From Octopus sinensis (lineage: Eukaryota), in NCBI RefSeq assembly GCF_006345805.1, contig NW_021833438.1, forward strand, positions 1-64,000: a stretch of DNA of 64,000 bases, written 5' to 3'. The notes beneath the pieces were generated by a model. It worked only from the letters and a program-made list of their open reading frames with translations. It ran no database searches and had not been told where the DNA came from. Shown here piece by piece: positions 1 through 12,957 of this stretch (the stretch's first letter is position 1; every line of letters begins with the position of its first letter). A program made the translations under genes and the position numbers.

Positions 1-241
1 ACGAGTTAGAAAAAGGGAAGGTTGAAAATATGAGAGAGAGAGAGAGAGAGGTCGAAGGGAGAGGAGAAACAGAGCGAGGGAGAGAGAGAAAGAGAGGGGG
101 GTAGTTGGAAAAAATTTATAAACAAAGCTTGTTGGTTCGAGTTTATATAGTTCTAGAAGTGAGATCGTGTATGAATGATATAAAAAAAATGGCATAAAAA
201 TTTGAAGAGATGGTGTGTGTGTGTGTGTATATATATATATA

Positions 242-398
242 TGGCCTGAGACCTTTGAGAAACTCAGAGTAACCCCATAAACCGGCTTACCCCACTATAA
301 TATATATATGCGTGTGTGTGTATTTATATATATATATATTATAGTGGGGTAAGCCGGTTTATGGGGTTACTCTGGGTTTCTCCAAGGGTCTCAGGCCA
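242..398. repeat. Fold-back inverted repeat (~65-bp arms, TA/TG microsatellite loop)
   Basis: tggcctgagacctttgagaaactcagagtaaccccataaaccggcttaccccactataa is mirrored by ttatagtggggtaagccggtttatggggttactctgggtttctccaagggtctcaggcca; a third partial arm lies at ~462-490. Confidence 0.85.
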
Positions 399-655
399 AC
401 AATGTTTGTGGTCTGAAGATATGTCTTAAGGCTCTCTACCCCTTATGAGCAAGAAACCCGGGGTAACCCCATAAACCGGCCTACCCCGCTATGTTTAACT
501 GCTCTACGTCTTAGAGTATGCTTCTCCACCGGATTTATTTGTTGTATATATATATATATCTTATATATATATATATATATATAGTATAATGTAATAATAA
601 ATACATATACACACACACTTGTATACACGTATATACACCCCACATATACGTATGT

Positions 656-709
<54 letters not shown>

Positions 710-800
710 GGGAGAGAGAGAGAGGAGGGAGAGAGAGAGAGAGGAGAGAGAGAGAGGAGACATGGAATAGCAGAGCAAGAGGACACACAAAGACGGAAAG

Positions 801-844
801 TATCTCTGAGGAGGTCACAGATGTGTGACGAAAGATTTCCGGAC
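801..844 (+). ncRNA. Degenerate minimal hammerhead-like motif (Penelope-type)
   Basis: CTGAGGA g gtcac-agatgt-gtgac GAA AGATTT C; homologous to the motif at 36349-36388; stem I is poorly paired. Confidence 0.4.
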
Positions 845-1016
845 AATGGACATGAGTTAGAATAAGAACAATAATAAACGAGTGAATAAACAGTGCGTGT
901 GTCCTATTTGGGTAAAAGAAAGAGAAAATATGACCCGTTCCGAAATAAAATGATATCTGTTTCAACAGGCGACTTCACATCAGGAATCTTGCAACAAATT
1001 GACAAACGTATATATA

Positions 1017-1274
1017 TCACCGTGACCGACCAGGCTATCAGATGTTGCCACACATCGCTGGTCACAATGAGCTTCGCATTGTTTTAGCCTTCAAATGACG
1101 CCACCCCACTGGCTAAGCGAGCAGGCCTACAGAAGAAAGAGTGAGAGAAAGTTGTGGCGAAAGAGTAAAGCAGGGATCGCCGCCACCCCCTGCCGGAGCC
1201 TCGTGGAGCTTTTAGGTGTTTTCGATCCTACGACCGCGAATCCACTGCCCTAACCACTGGGCCATTGGGCCTTC
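1017..1274 (-). mobile_element. tRNA-headed SINE family D, partial
   Basis: Head (rc) ggcccaatggcccagtggttagggcagtgg; body shared with 10327-10629 and 34976-35292. Confidence 0.8.
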
Positions 1275-1320
1275 ACACACACACATACACACACACCACA
1301 CACACACACGCACACACACA

Positions 1321-1365
<45 letters not shown>

Positions 1366-1379
1366 ATATAAAAATATAT

Positions 1380-1553
1380 GGATCGCTGGCCACTAAACTT
1401 TCTCTATTTCCTCTCTCTGTTTATTTCTGCGTACCTTTCTGTTGAAGAGCGTATGCTCGAAACGTAAAAGACTTTCTCACTTCCCGAGCGTAAAACTAAT
1501 ACATCTGTTTGTTGTTTACACATCCGTTTTCGTCTTTTGTATTTTGCAAATTC

Positions 1554-1558
<5 letters not shown>
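1380..1558 (+). mobile_element. ~180-bp microsatellite-embedded non-autonomous element with hammerhead-like motif (family P1)
   Basis: Homologous to 17700-17890(-), 24250-24445(-) and 60900-61060(+); motif cttt CTGTTGA a gagc-gtat-gctc GAA ACGT A aaag at 1435-1470. Confidence 0.7.
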
Positions 1559-1652
<94 letters not shown>

Positions 1653-1655
1653 CAA

Positions 1656-1692
<37 letters not shown>

Positions 1693-2097
1693 ATATATAC
1701 ACACACACACATATATGTTCTATTTTTTTTCTTTGTTGCTTCAGTCATCGGACTGCGCCCATGCTGGGGCACTGCCTCGAAGGGTTTAGTCGAACAAACG
1801 AACCCCTGTACTGTTAGTTAGTGACGTACTTATTCCGTCATTCAGTTTTGCCGAAGTGCTAGGCTACAAGGGCGTGAACGAACCAACACCGGTTGCCAAG
1901 CGGTGCGATTGAATCACAGATACGATCGCAGTTTCCGTTTTATCAAATCTCTTCTGAAGGCAAATATATTCATTCTTTTCCACAAATCGTGTGACAGTGT
2001 CTTTGAAGTTTCGGCCTGCTTAGTTTTCTCACCGATGTCACTGGAGGCCAAGCAAAGTCACTGACAACACTATTGTTAACAAATAATAAATATGTGT

Positions 2098-3075
2098 GGG
2101 CGCAGGTGTAAGCAGTTTTCTTCCAAATCTGGGTTCAGTTCCCACTGCGTGACACCTTGGACAAGTTTCGGAAAGACTTCCCCCGCCCCCACCATTTTCT
2201 CGCAAATTATTGGGGGTTTTGGGGGGTTTTTTTCAATTTTGTTTTGCCAAAAACCCACCTTTTCGGATACGGAAATTCCAGAAAATTGACAAAAATCGGA
2301 TTTAAAAAAAAAATTTTTACCCCACCCCACCCCACTCCACTCCTCCCTCACCCAAATTTCTTCATTTTTCACTCATTTCCGTAACCGTAACCCTAAAACG
2401 CCAATCCTAACCCTAATATCCTAACTCTAACCTTAAGACCCTAACCCTAAAACCCCAAAACCCTAAAATCCTAACCCTAAGTAGAAAATTTTTTAGATTT
2501 TTATCAGAATCATAATCTCCGTATTTTTCTGCATATTTTGAAAAAAAAATTCTGAAAAAAGTTAAAAACGAAGAATTTAAGTGGGGATGCCGATTTTTGC
2601 CAATTTTTTTGCAGGTTCATATTCTCCGTAGCCGAAATAGAGGGTTTTTTTATTTTTTATTTTTTATTTTATCTAGTTTCAGCTCACGAGCTGTGGCCAT
2701 GCTGGGGCTCCGCCATTTGTGTAGAGAAAAAAAATGGGGGTGTTTGTGGGGGAGGATACAAAAGGAAGTCTTACCCAAGTTTCTTCTGCTATAGTTTCGG
2801 ATTTGGGAGGCGGAAACTGAAAGAAGCCTGTTTATTTATGAGTATATACATATAATTGCCCTATAAGTATATATTTAATTTGTTTCTCTGCCAACGCTTG
2901 AAAACCGGTGTTGCTTTGTTTGCGCTCCCGTAACTTAGAAGTTCGACAAAACAGCCCGATAGAATGAATCACAGACTTTTAAAAAACTTAAATGCTTGAG
3001 CCGATTCGCAAAACTAAAACCCTTCAATGCGGTGCCCCAGCATGGCCACAGTCAAATGACTGAAGCATGTAACGG
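2098..3075 (+). mobile_element. SINE family A (CORE-like) split by a MITE insertion
   Basis: Head 2098-2169 ends accttggacaagtttc and resumes ttctgctatag at 2784; family A 3' part continues to ~3075. Confidence 0.75.
2170..2775. mobile_element. Non-autonomous DNA transposon (MITE), 8-bp TSD, Merlin-like termini
   Basis: TIR ggaaagacttcc / ggaagtcttacc; TSD CAAGTTTC at 2162-2169 and 2776-2783; internal (ccctaa)-like tract 2381-2480. Confidence 0.8.
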
Positions 3076-3709
3076 GTAAAAAGTGAAGTCTTCTGTTATA
3101 GCCCCAAACTGACCCAGGTGTTAGTGGATTCGATAAACGGAAACTGAAAGAAGCCTGACGTACATACATCTGTGTGTGTGTGTCTTTGTGCCTTTACCAC
3201 TTAATAATCGGTATTGGTTTGTTTACGTCACCATGATTGGCAGTTCGGCAAAAGAGCTTGATAAAATAAAACCAGATTAAAAAAAAAAAAAAATACTGGG
3301 GTCGATTTATTTGGGTAAAAATACTTCAAGACAATGCCCCAGCATGGTCGCAGTCCAGTGACTGGAACGAATAGAATGAAAAAGGAAAAAGAAAATCAAG
3401 TACGCTATCTTAGACAACAGGAATGAAAGCGAAAGAATAGAGTAACCGACAGAGCGGTAGTCAAAATGTATGAATGTAAAGAGAAAGAGAGTTGATGCTT
3501 ATGAATGGACGAAAGTTTTGGGGAGTTTTATTTCACCCCTGATGGGCTGAAGCGAATTGTAAAAGTTTTAGAAAGAGAGGTTGTGGACTTCGAAGGAAAA
3601 TGGTCTGAAAAGTGAATGCAGGGATGAGGACATACCTGGACAAAGTGTGCCGTCACACCGACTTTGTTACCTCGTAACTTTCAGAAAAATGGGTATTTTT
3701 GATATGAAA

Positions 3710-4095
3710 TCCCTATATATATATATAAAGCTGAAGTTGTCTGTTTCTGGCAGGTTTGGTAGCCTTCAACTAACACTATCTCCTCCGAGATCCTGCGGCG
3801 CAAGTTGATCAAAATTGAGAGTATGATAGAAGAAGGCTTGCTCTTCATTCTGTAGAAGGAAAAATTCAAATCACACCAAAAATTATTTACATCAAAAAGG
3901 TGCTTTTTTTCTATGAAAATCCCTATTTTTTACAACTTTTTGACTACAGTGTCGCCATTTTTCGGTGTATTTCAACCAGAAAAATGTTCACTTAAAGAGA
4001 ATAACAAGCTACATAATGCAAAATTTTTAACTTTTCAAAAATTCCAATTCTAAAGGGTCGTAACAAACCCGAGCAACGCCGGGCGATACTGCTAG
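3710..4095 (+). mobile_element. Non-autonomous Helitron
   Basis: 5' TC (a|tccctatatat); 3' hairpin cccgagcaacgccggg 4068-4083, then CTAG 4092-4095 followed by T; no TSD. Confidence 0.8.
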
Positions 4096-4384
4096 TTTTC
4101 TATAAATGCTTTCCACATATATACATAGTATTTTGTGAAAATTGCTTTCGGAGTTGGTGTAGAGAAGTTTTGGATGTGTCACGCGAGACGACTTTGTTTC
4201 CTCATAACTTATAAAAATTGGGTATTTCTGTGTGAAATTTTCTACAAATGTCTTTCAAATGGTCTATGTTACGATAATATCGGAATTTAATGTGAAATTA
4301 AAAACTGGTGAGCGAGCACACATACATACTGACACACATCACGAAATAAAATTTGAAAGTTTGAAGATACTTCAAGGGTAAAAA

Positions 4385-4710
4385 TACTTCAAGGCAATGC
4401 CCCATGTCTTCTGCTATAGCCTCGGGCTGACCAAAGCCTTGTGAGTGGATTTGGTAGACGGAAACTGAAAGAAGCCTGTCGTATATATGTATATATATGT
4501 ATGTGTGTGTGTATATGTTTGTGTGCCTGTGTTTGTCCCTCTAGCATTGCTGGTGTGTTTACGTCCCCGTCACTTAGCGGTTCGGCAAAAGAGACCGATG
4601 GAATAAGTACTGGGCTTACAAAGTCCCGGGGTCGATTTGCTCGACTAAAAGGCGGTGCTCCAGCATGGCCGCAGTCAAATGACTGAAACAAGTAAAAGAG
4701 TAAAGAGCGT
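4385..4710 (+). mobile_element. SINE family A, 5'-truncated
   Basis: gtcttctgctatagcctcgggctgaccaaagccttgtgagtggatttgg ... gactgaaacaagtaaaagagtaaagag tail. Confidence 0.85.
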
Positions 4711-4802
4711 GTAAGCGCCCACCTTTTCTGGTTTTTCTTTTTCTTTACATAAAATTCCGGAATGATCATAATGTATGATAAAAACCGATAAACGTCGCCC
4801 TT

Positions 4803-5045
4803 TTAAAGCCTAGCCAGGCTCATGGGCCCGGTTTCCCCGGTTTCAATGGCGTATGTGTTTCCCCCTAGCTGGACAGGATGCTAGTCCATCGCAGCGTTAC
4901 TCATTTTTGCCAGCTGAGTGGACTGGAGCAACGTGAAATGGAGTGTTTTGCTCAAGAACACAACGCGTCACCCGGTCCAGGAATCGAAACCACAATCTTA
5001 CGGTCATGCTACTGACACCTTACTCACTAAGCCACGCGCCTCCAC
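4803..5045 (-). mobile_element. tRNA-headed SINE with CORE/V-like central domains
   Basis: rc head ggaggcgcgtggcttagtgagtaagg..gtttcgattcc (A/B boxes), then ttgtgttcttgagcaaaacact and ctgcgatggactagcatcctgtccag. Confidence 0.7.
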
Positions 5046-5783
5046 GATCATAATGTACACCATCTGAAAAGTATTTGTAAAACATTTCATAATAAAATAC
5101 CTATTTTCCTGAAAGTTATAAATAAACAATGTCGTTGGGGGTGGGCACAATTGTGTAGGTATGCCGGAACGAGAACGTCAGAAAGATGTGAAGAAAAATA
5201 ATTTAATTTGTAGATCAATATGGGACGTTTCATAACTCATCGTGTCGTATGGACGCTTTTATGAAATATTTGAAAGAAAAAAGGGCGCAACTATAAGGAT
5301 ATGCCGGCTTGAAGCCAAGCTGTATCCACAATAAGAATTGAACTCAGCACTCCCAATTTACAAAACGCGTTGTAATTTTACGCTCCCGCTGTTGCTTAAA
5401 GTGGAGAATGGCAAACCTATACAAATCAGTATGTGTACTCGCCCACCAATATTTTTTTTCAGTTTAAATTTTGATACAGTCGTAATCTGAGAGGTATTTG
5501 TAGACAATTTCATTTTTTTTAAATTACTAATTTTTCTGAAAGTTATGAGGAAACAAAATTGACTCATGTGAAATATCCGAAACTTCATCCCGCCTCCGAA
5601 AAATATTTCACAACAAAATCCGATGTAATCGCATTGTACACCATCCGAAAGATATTTTCAGAAAATTTTTACCAAAATGTAACCATTTCCTTCGGAAACA
5701 ATGTCGACACCTGTGAATTATTCGAAACTCCTCTGCTCCTCCGAAAGTGTTTTCACAAATTGAAATATAATCATAATCTATAC

Positions 5784-6386
5784 CTATTTCCTTACTACCC
5801 ACAAGGGATTAAACACAGAGGGGACAAACAAGGACAGATAAACGGATTAAGCCGATTACATCGACTCCAGTGCGTAACTGGTACTTATTTAATCGACCCC
5901 GAAAGGATAAACGGCAAAGTCGACCTCGGCGGAATTTGAACTCAGAATGTAGCGGCAGACGAAATACCTATTTCTTTACTACCCACAGGGGGTTAAACAC
6001 AGAGAGGACAAACAAAGACAGACAAACGGATTAAGTCGATTATATCGACCCCGCTGCGTAACAGGTACTTAATTTAATCGACCCCGAAAGGATAAACGGC
6101 AAAGTCAACCTCGGCGGAATTTCAACTCAGAATGTAGCGGCAGACGAAATACCTATTTCTTTACTACCCACAAAGGGCTAAACACAGAGAGGACAAACAA
6201 GGACAGACACACGGATTAAGCCGATTACATCGACCCCAGTGCGTAACTGGTACTTATTTAATCGACCCCGAAAGGATGAAAGGCAAAGTCGACCTCGGCG
6301 GAATTTGAACTCAGAACGTAACGACAGACGAAATACCGCTAAGCATCTCACCCGGCGTGCTAACGTTTCTGCCAGCTCGCCGCCCT
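5784..6386 (-). mobile_element. SINE family B (Meta-like domain) head-to-tail trimer under one TSD
   Basis: Three ~180-bp units; 14-bp TSD atcataatctatac at 5770-5783 and 6387-6400. Confidence 0.9.
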
Positions 6387-6914
6387 ATCATAATCTATAC
6401 AATTTGAAAAGCATTTGTAGAAAATTTCATTAAAAAATAACAATTTTTCTGAAAGTTATGAGGAAACAAAGTCAGAGATGGGGTAAGTCACGGAAAATGT
6501 CTGCTTCTGATAAAAAGTAGATTGGATTAATTGGTGTGTCAAGTTATTTAGTCAAAGACACAACATTAATCCTGTTAAGAGAATGTAAAAACTTGAGTGT
6601 TTTCATCGGATAGTCCAGTGTGTTCTGCAAAAAGTGAGAAAAAGATAATGAATGAGAGAACAAAAGAGAAAGAAACAGAAAAAAATAAATTTACAGATAG
6701 AGTGAGACACAAGAACAGAGAGAGAGAGAGCGGCTGAGAAGTATATTAGGAAGTACAGACGTAACTCGAGGTACTTTTTTTTTCGAGTTGCGTCCTCTTT
6801 TTTAATTTTTTTTTTTGCAACTTCATTCTAGAATTTGTAAAACCTATATTAAAGTGGGAAACCGAATAAAATATATGCTAAAATGTATACAAACAATCTA
6901 TTAAAACAGATATG

Positions 6915-7470
6915 TCTCTTTTTACTCTTTTACTTGTTGCAGTCATTCGACTGTGGCCATGCTGGAGCACCGCCTTTAGTCGAGCAAATCGACCCCAGGA
7001 CTTATTCTTTGTAAACCTAGTACTTATTCTATCGATCCGTTTTGCCGAACAGCTAAGTTACGGGGACGTAAACACACCAGCATCGGTTGTCAAGCGATGT
7101 TGGCGGGGACAAACACAGACGCACAAACACACACACACACATACGATGGTCTTCTTTCAGTTTCCGTCTACCAAATCCACTCACAAGGCTTTGGTCAGCC
7201 CAAGGCTATAGTAGACACTTACCGAAGTTACGGGGACGTAAATACACCAGCATCGGTTGTCAAGCGATGCTGGGGTGGGGACAAGCACAAACACAAATAT
7301 ATACGACGGGCTTCTTTCAGTTTCCGTCTACCAAATCCACTCACAAGGCTTTGGTCGGCCCAAGGCTATAATAGAAGACACTTGCCCAAGGTGCCACGGA
7401 GTGGGACTGAACCCGGAACCATGTGGTTGGTAAGCAAGCTACTTACCACACAGCCACTCCCTACGCCTAT
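6915..7470 (-). mobile_element. SINE family A with internal duplication
   Basis: The aagttacggggacgtaaa...aaggctatag block occurs twice (~7055-7210 and ~7226-7370); head ends cagccactccctacgcct. Confidence 0.85.
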
Positions 7471-7874
7471 ATGAGTTAATAATTTTTCTTAAATACTTTT
7501 TCGTGTTGCATTGTTTTGCGAGTAAGTCATTTGTTTTGAAAGCAATTACCGACGGAAGTTGAGGTACGCCTGGAGTAGAGTGAGAGAGTGAGAGAGTGAG
7601 TGAACAAGGAGAGGTGTCTGCAGAAGTATATTATAGAAAGTTAGAAAGAAAGATTGCCTGAATGAGACACTGAGAGAAAATGAAAACCAGTGACAGAGAC
7701 AACAAGAAGAAGGAAAAATAAAACCATTTCGTGGACGAAAGAGAGAAGCAGCGAAGGTCAGTAGAAAATATAAGAAAACGAAACAGCCGAGGAATGAGAG
7801 AGATGAGTCTGGTTCGGAATAAATATTAATAATCCTTTTTACTATAGACACAATGCCTGAAATTTAGGGGAATG

Positions 7875-7952
7875 GGCGATCTTTCGTCTCTAGTAGACCT
7901 TTCCGTCGATTACACAACATACTGTCTGTCTGTCTCCTACACCCCATCAAAC

Positions 7953-7988
<36 letters not shown>

Positions 7989-8165
7989 CATCAATGCTTG
8001 CCATGCACGGTAACTTCAAAAGAACTTCCCTCGTCATACAATCGCTTTCTCTTAGTCTCTTTCGCTCTCATTACTTCAAAAGTTCCCGCAAGCCTATATG
8101 TAAAAAAAAAAAAAAAATTTTTTACGGAAATCGACGGAAAGGTCTACTAGAGACGAAAGATTGCC
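7875..8165. mobile_element. MITE, 8-bp TSD, Merlin-like termini, inserted in a family B SINE
   Basis: ~37-bp TIR ggcgatctttcgtctctagtagacctttccgtcgatt / aatcgacggaaaggtctactagagacgaaagattgcc; TSD GGGGAATG at 7867-7874 and 8166-8173. Confidence 0.9.
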
Positions 8166-8354
8166 GGGGAATGTAGTTAGTTGATTTCGTCGACCCCGAA
8201 AGGATAAAAGGCAAAGCTGACCTCGGCGGAATTTGAACTCAGACGTAAAGACGGATGAAATGTCGCAAAGCATTAGTTGTCCGGTGTGCTAACGATTCTG
8301 CCAGCTCACCGCCTTCGATCCCCCCCTCCCTTCCTTCTTAATATTAACAATAAT

Positions 8355-8846
8355 AGGAGTCTACCACGTGTTATTGAAGGAGCTTTCCACTTCATGGTCG
8401 CGCTGCCGGCTAGAAATAGCAGTCAAATTTCCATCTAATTACCGTTAGATAACGTAGTCCGACAGTCTCTGCAAATGACGAGATTGTCATAGCAGGAACG
8501 CTCTAGAGAGAAAAGAAAAAGAGGAGGTATGGACTTGAAAGTGAGAAAGATGGCGAGAGAAAAAACAAAAGACTGGAAGAAAATTAAAGAAAAACAAAGA
8601 GAGAGAGAAAAAGTCAAAAGTGGAAAAGAGGGGAGAGAAAATGTGTGTGTAAAGTTGTTTAAACCGGGTCCGCCTAGAGCGCTCTTGTAATGACCATCTC
8701 ATCAATTTAAGGGAATATCGGACTCTATTATGTCCTTTCCTTATCTAAGACTCTAAAAGTAATTTGATGGAAATTTGACTGCTATTTCTAGCCGGTGACG
8801 CGACCATGACGTGGAAAGCACCCTTAATAACACGTGGTAGTCTCCT
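8355..8846. mobile_element. Fold-back/MITE element with ~150-bp imperfect TIRs
   Basis: aggagtctaccacgtgttatt...gctagaaatagcagtcaaatttccatc is mirrored by gatggaaatttgactgctatttctagc...aataacacgtggtagtctcct; no TSD found. Confidence 0.75.
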
Positions 8847-9241
8847 GTCGTTGATAACATTAATAGAGCGGCAAACTAGCAGCTTCGTTAGCTCGCTGGA
8901 CAAAGCGCTTGGCGACATTTCGTCCGTCTTTATGTTCTGAGTTCAAATTCCGCCGAGGTCAGCTTTGCCTTTTATCCTTTCGGCATCGATAAATTAAGTA
9001 CCAGTGGAACATTAGAGTCGATGTAATCGACTAGACCTTTCCCCACAAATTTCAGGCCCTGTGCCTTTAGTAGACAGGATTAATAAGGCTGTGAGCTGGT
9101 AGAATCGTTAGCATGCTGGACGAAGTGCTACTAAGCACGTTCTGAGTTTAAAATCCGCCAAAGTCGACTTTGCCTTTCATCGTTACAGGGTCGATAAAAT
9201 AAGTACCAGTTGAATAGTGGGGTCGATGTGATCAACTTATC

Positions 9242-9870
9242 GGATCTTTACCTTTTGACCGACAGATTTAAAAAATAATTTTTACAAACTAAACACTTTC
9301 AAACTTCGGACACTGGTAGAATGTCTCATATAAAACATCTTTTACTCTTAGCGTTTTTGAGAAAAACTTATATTTACGAAGTTATTTCATGTTAAAGTTG
9401 TCCTATTTTGGTAATTTCAACCAATCAGTGACGTGTATTCGGTTGAATAAAATTACTGCTGTTGTTTGTCAACAACTATCGGCGGTGTATATTTCTTTTG
9501 TCACTGTTATTTATGACAACCCTAACCCTAAAACCCTAATCCTAACACCCTAACCCTAAAACGTTAAAACCAGTACAAATGCATGAACGAAGTTATAAAT
9601 AACAGTGACAAACAAAAAATACACCGCCGATAGTTGTTGTTGACAAACAATGGCAGTAATTTTATTCAGCTGAATACACGTCATTGATTGGTTGAAATTA
9701 CCGAAATAAGACAACTTTTACGTGAAATAACTTCCTAAATATAAGCTTTTCTCAAAAACGCTAAGAGTAAAAGATGTTTTATATGACACATTCTACCAGT
9801 GTCCGAAGTTTGAAAGTGTTTAGCTACAAAAAATTATTTTTTAAATCTGTCGGTCAAAAGGTAAAGATCC
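9242..9870. mobile_element. MITE with ~270-bp TIRs, 8-bp TSD and central telomere-like repeats
   Basis: Termini ggatctttaccttttgacc / ggtcaaaaggtaaagatcc; TSD AACTTATC at 9234-9241 and 9871-9878; (ccctaa)n-like 9519-9560; inserted in a family B SINE tail. Confidence 0.92.
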
Positions 9871-10326
9871 AACTTATCCCCTCCCCAAAGATTTCTGGCT
9901 TTGTGCTTATAGTAGAAAGGATTACTGTACAACAAATTTCAGGGTCAACTAAAAAAAACAGTTTTCATGTACATTTTATTACCAAGTTGATTGAGGTCGA
10001 CTTTGCCTTTCATCCTTTCGGGGTCGTTTAAATAAGTACCAGTTGAACACTGGGGTTCGATGTAATCAACTCATCCCCTACCTTCCCTATGCTGCCCTTG
10101 TGGCAAAAATCAGAAATAATTATGAAGTTGATTGTGCTTAATTTGAATTTTATACTAAAAATTTCCCATCACATCACATTTTCTTGCAAGTTATTGACTT
10201 AATAACTATGCATTTTATACCAATTTCCACAATACCATAAATGTATTTTGTTCCCAAAGTTAGATTAAATATGTCCATTCTAATTAATTCATAAATATAT
10301 AATGAATTGGCATATTTGTTAGCATT

Positions 10327-10629
10327 ATCACCGTGACCGACCAGGCTATCAGATGTTGCTACACATCGCTGGTCACAATGCACTTCTCATTGTTTTAGAC
10401 TTCAAATGACGCCACCCCACTGGCTAAGCGACCAGGCCAACAGAAGAAAGAGTGAGAGAAAGTTGTGGCAAAAGAGTACAGTAGGGATCGCTACCATACC
10501 CTGCGGGAGCCTCATGGAGCTATAGGTGTTTTTGCTCAATAAACACTCATAACGCCCGATCTGGGAATCGAAACCGCGATCCTACGACCACGAGTCTGCT
10601 GTCCTAACCACTGGGCCATTGCACCTCCA
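10327..10629 (-). mobile_element. SINE family D
   Basis: rc head gtggaggtgcaatggcccagtggttaggacagcag..ggtttcgattcccag; body matches 34976-35292. Confidence 0.85.
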
Positions 10630-11773
10630 CTTGTTAGCATTATATAATGTATTAACCTACATTTTAGTATTTACTTCTTTGTTTATAAGACATCTCAGGT
10701 GTGTCATGCTTCAGGTTCCAGCAGAAGTCAGCCAGCATAGCTGGGTTCCATTCTCCCTTATACCTGTTTTCCATTGGCGCTATATCTTGATGGAACCTCT
10801 CTCCATGTTCATCACTCACAAGCATGAAATCAGAAGAAAATCACAAGGCATTTTTTTCCGACACTAATGATTCTGCTAAATCCTTTTTTTTTTTTAGATA
10901 AAATATGAGGTGTGGGGTGCCATTCAGGAAACAGGGCTACTAAGCTACAAAAAAGTTAAAAAGATATGGATGAAAAACCATGGATATTTTTTATTTTTTT
11001 AAATTTTAAATTTTAAATTTTTTATTTACACTTAAAAATACATAAATATAATTTTGAATAAACAATTGTTTTTTGTTTTTTTTTCAAAATTTCTTTTCTC
11101 TCTCTCCCCCCTCTCTCTCTCTCATTTTATTTCTGAGGGGATTCTAAAAATACACAGATAATGGCATTTAAAAAAAAATTCACTGTTATCTTTTTTTCTT
11201 TATTTTCTATTTTAGGAGATTGCACATTTCAAAATATGTAGATAACAATTCTGAATAAAATATTTTAAAAAACTTTTTTTTTAAATTTCAAATTACTTTG
11301 CAGAATTTTAATTTTTTCTTTCAAAATTTCAGTTTTTTCTAAAATTTCAAACACACACAAAATTTCAGTTTTTTCTAAAATTCAAACACACACACAAAAA
11401 AGAAAAATTATTCATAATACTAGTACCTATTCTTTGCAATAATTTTCAGCAAATTTTCCATTTATGATCATAGACCGAAAGAAAACCTTAAAAATTACAG
11501 GCACACTTCACTGGCAAAGTTAGGAGAAAAAATCTATTTAAAATTTAAACATCCAGAAAAAGAATATTGAAAACTATTGATTACTTTGATTTATCAATCC
11601 TAATTGTATGTAATATATATATTATGGCCGTGTAGTTAGGCTTTGCAACCACATGGTTCCGGGTTCAGTCCCACTGCGCGGCACCTTGGGCAAGTGTCTT
11701 TTATTTTAACACAGGACATACCAATGTCTTGTGAATAAATTTGGTAGATGAAAACTATGTGGAATCCCATCGA

Positions 11774-11819
<46 letters not shown>

Positions 11820-11883
11820 CATATATACATACATATGTATGTATATATATATATATATACATATATACATACATATGTATGTA

Positions 11884-12113
11884 CAGGGATGACCGAAAGT
11901 CACCTGACAGTAAATCAAAATTCTATAAATACTGTCTGTAATTCTGTTTTGAATCGAATGGAAAAAATGTGTTGCTCAAGAAGGACTTCAGTTTGAAAAA
12001 TTTTCATGATGTTTCATATTTAGATGCTTTTATTAAATTCATTCAGTTGTTAAACATAAATCTTGGAATTAAATGGTTTTGATTTACTGTCAGGTGACTT
12101 TTGGCCAACCCTG
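11884..12113. mobile_element. Tc1/mariner-type MITE
   Basis: TA|cagggatgaccgaaagtcacctgacagtaaatcaaaa mirrored by ttttgatttactgtcaggtgacttttggccaaccctg (~37-bp TIR). Confidence 0.75.
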
Positions 12114-12194
12114 TGTGTGTGTGTGTATACATCCTTTGTGTTCTGTTTTTAATTTATATTTGATATATTATATACATATATATACATACCATAC

Positions 12195-12228
<34 letters not shown>

Positions 12229-12468
12229 TATATATACTATATACATACATACAACATACATACATACACACATCTATTTGTGTATTGACACTACCATTGG
12301 TTTCATGCTAAGAAAGCCCTCAACAATTATCAAGCTTATCATATAGCTTCCTTAACATGAAACAAATGCTAGGCTTAATCAAAACTAAAGATTTTTTGTC
12401 CACCAATGCAGTCTTGAGCACTCATTCTCATTGTTTAATATTTACATATGTGTGTGTGTATATATATA

Positions 12469-12515
<47 letters not shown>

Positions 12516-12957
12516 GAGATTCAGTTGAAGTCAGTCCGGTATTATCCTCACAGCTCAAAGTAAGGTGAATAAAATCAAAATAAGCAACGGGACGTCATGA
12601 AGTGATGCAGTACGACCGTTTCAAGCGACTCCATTTAATTGAACAACAGACATAAAATAAGAAAACGAAACATTTATCTGCTCAAGTAAGTTGAGACATT
12701 GTATTTCAGAGTTATACTTTAAAAAACTGGTACTCCATCGCTTATGACGACAAGGGTTCCAGTTGACCCAATCAATGGAACATCTTACACGTGAAATTAA
12801 CATGCAGGTGACTGAGCACTCCATAGACATGTGTACCCTTAATGTAGTTCTCAGGGAGAGTCAGCGTGACATAGAATGTGACAAGGCAGGCCCCATTGAA
12901 ATACAAATACTACTCATTTTTATCAGCTGAATGAACTGGAGCGATGTGAAATAAAGT

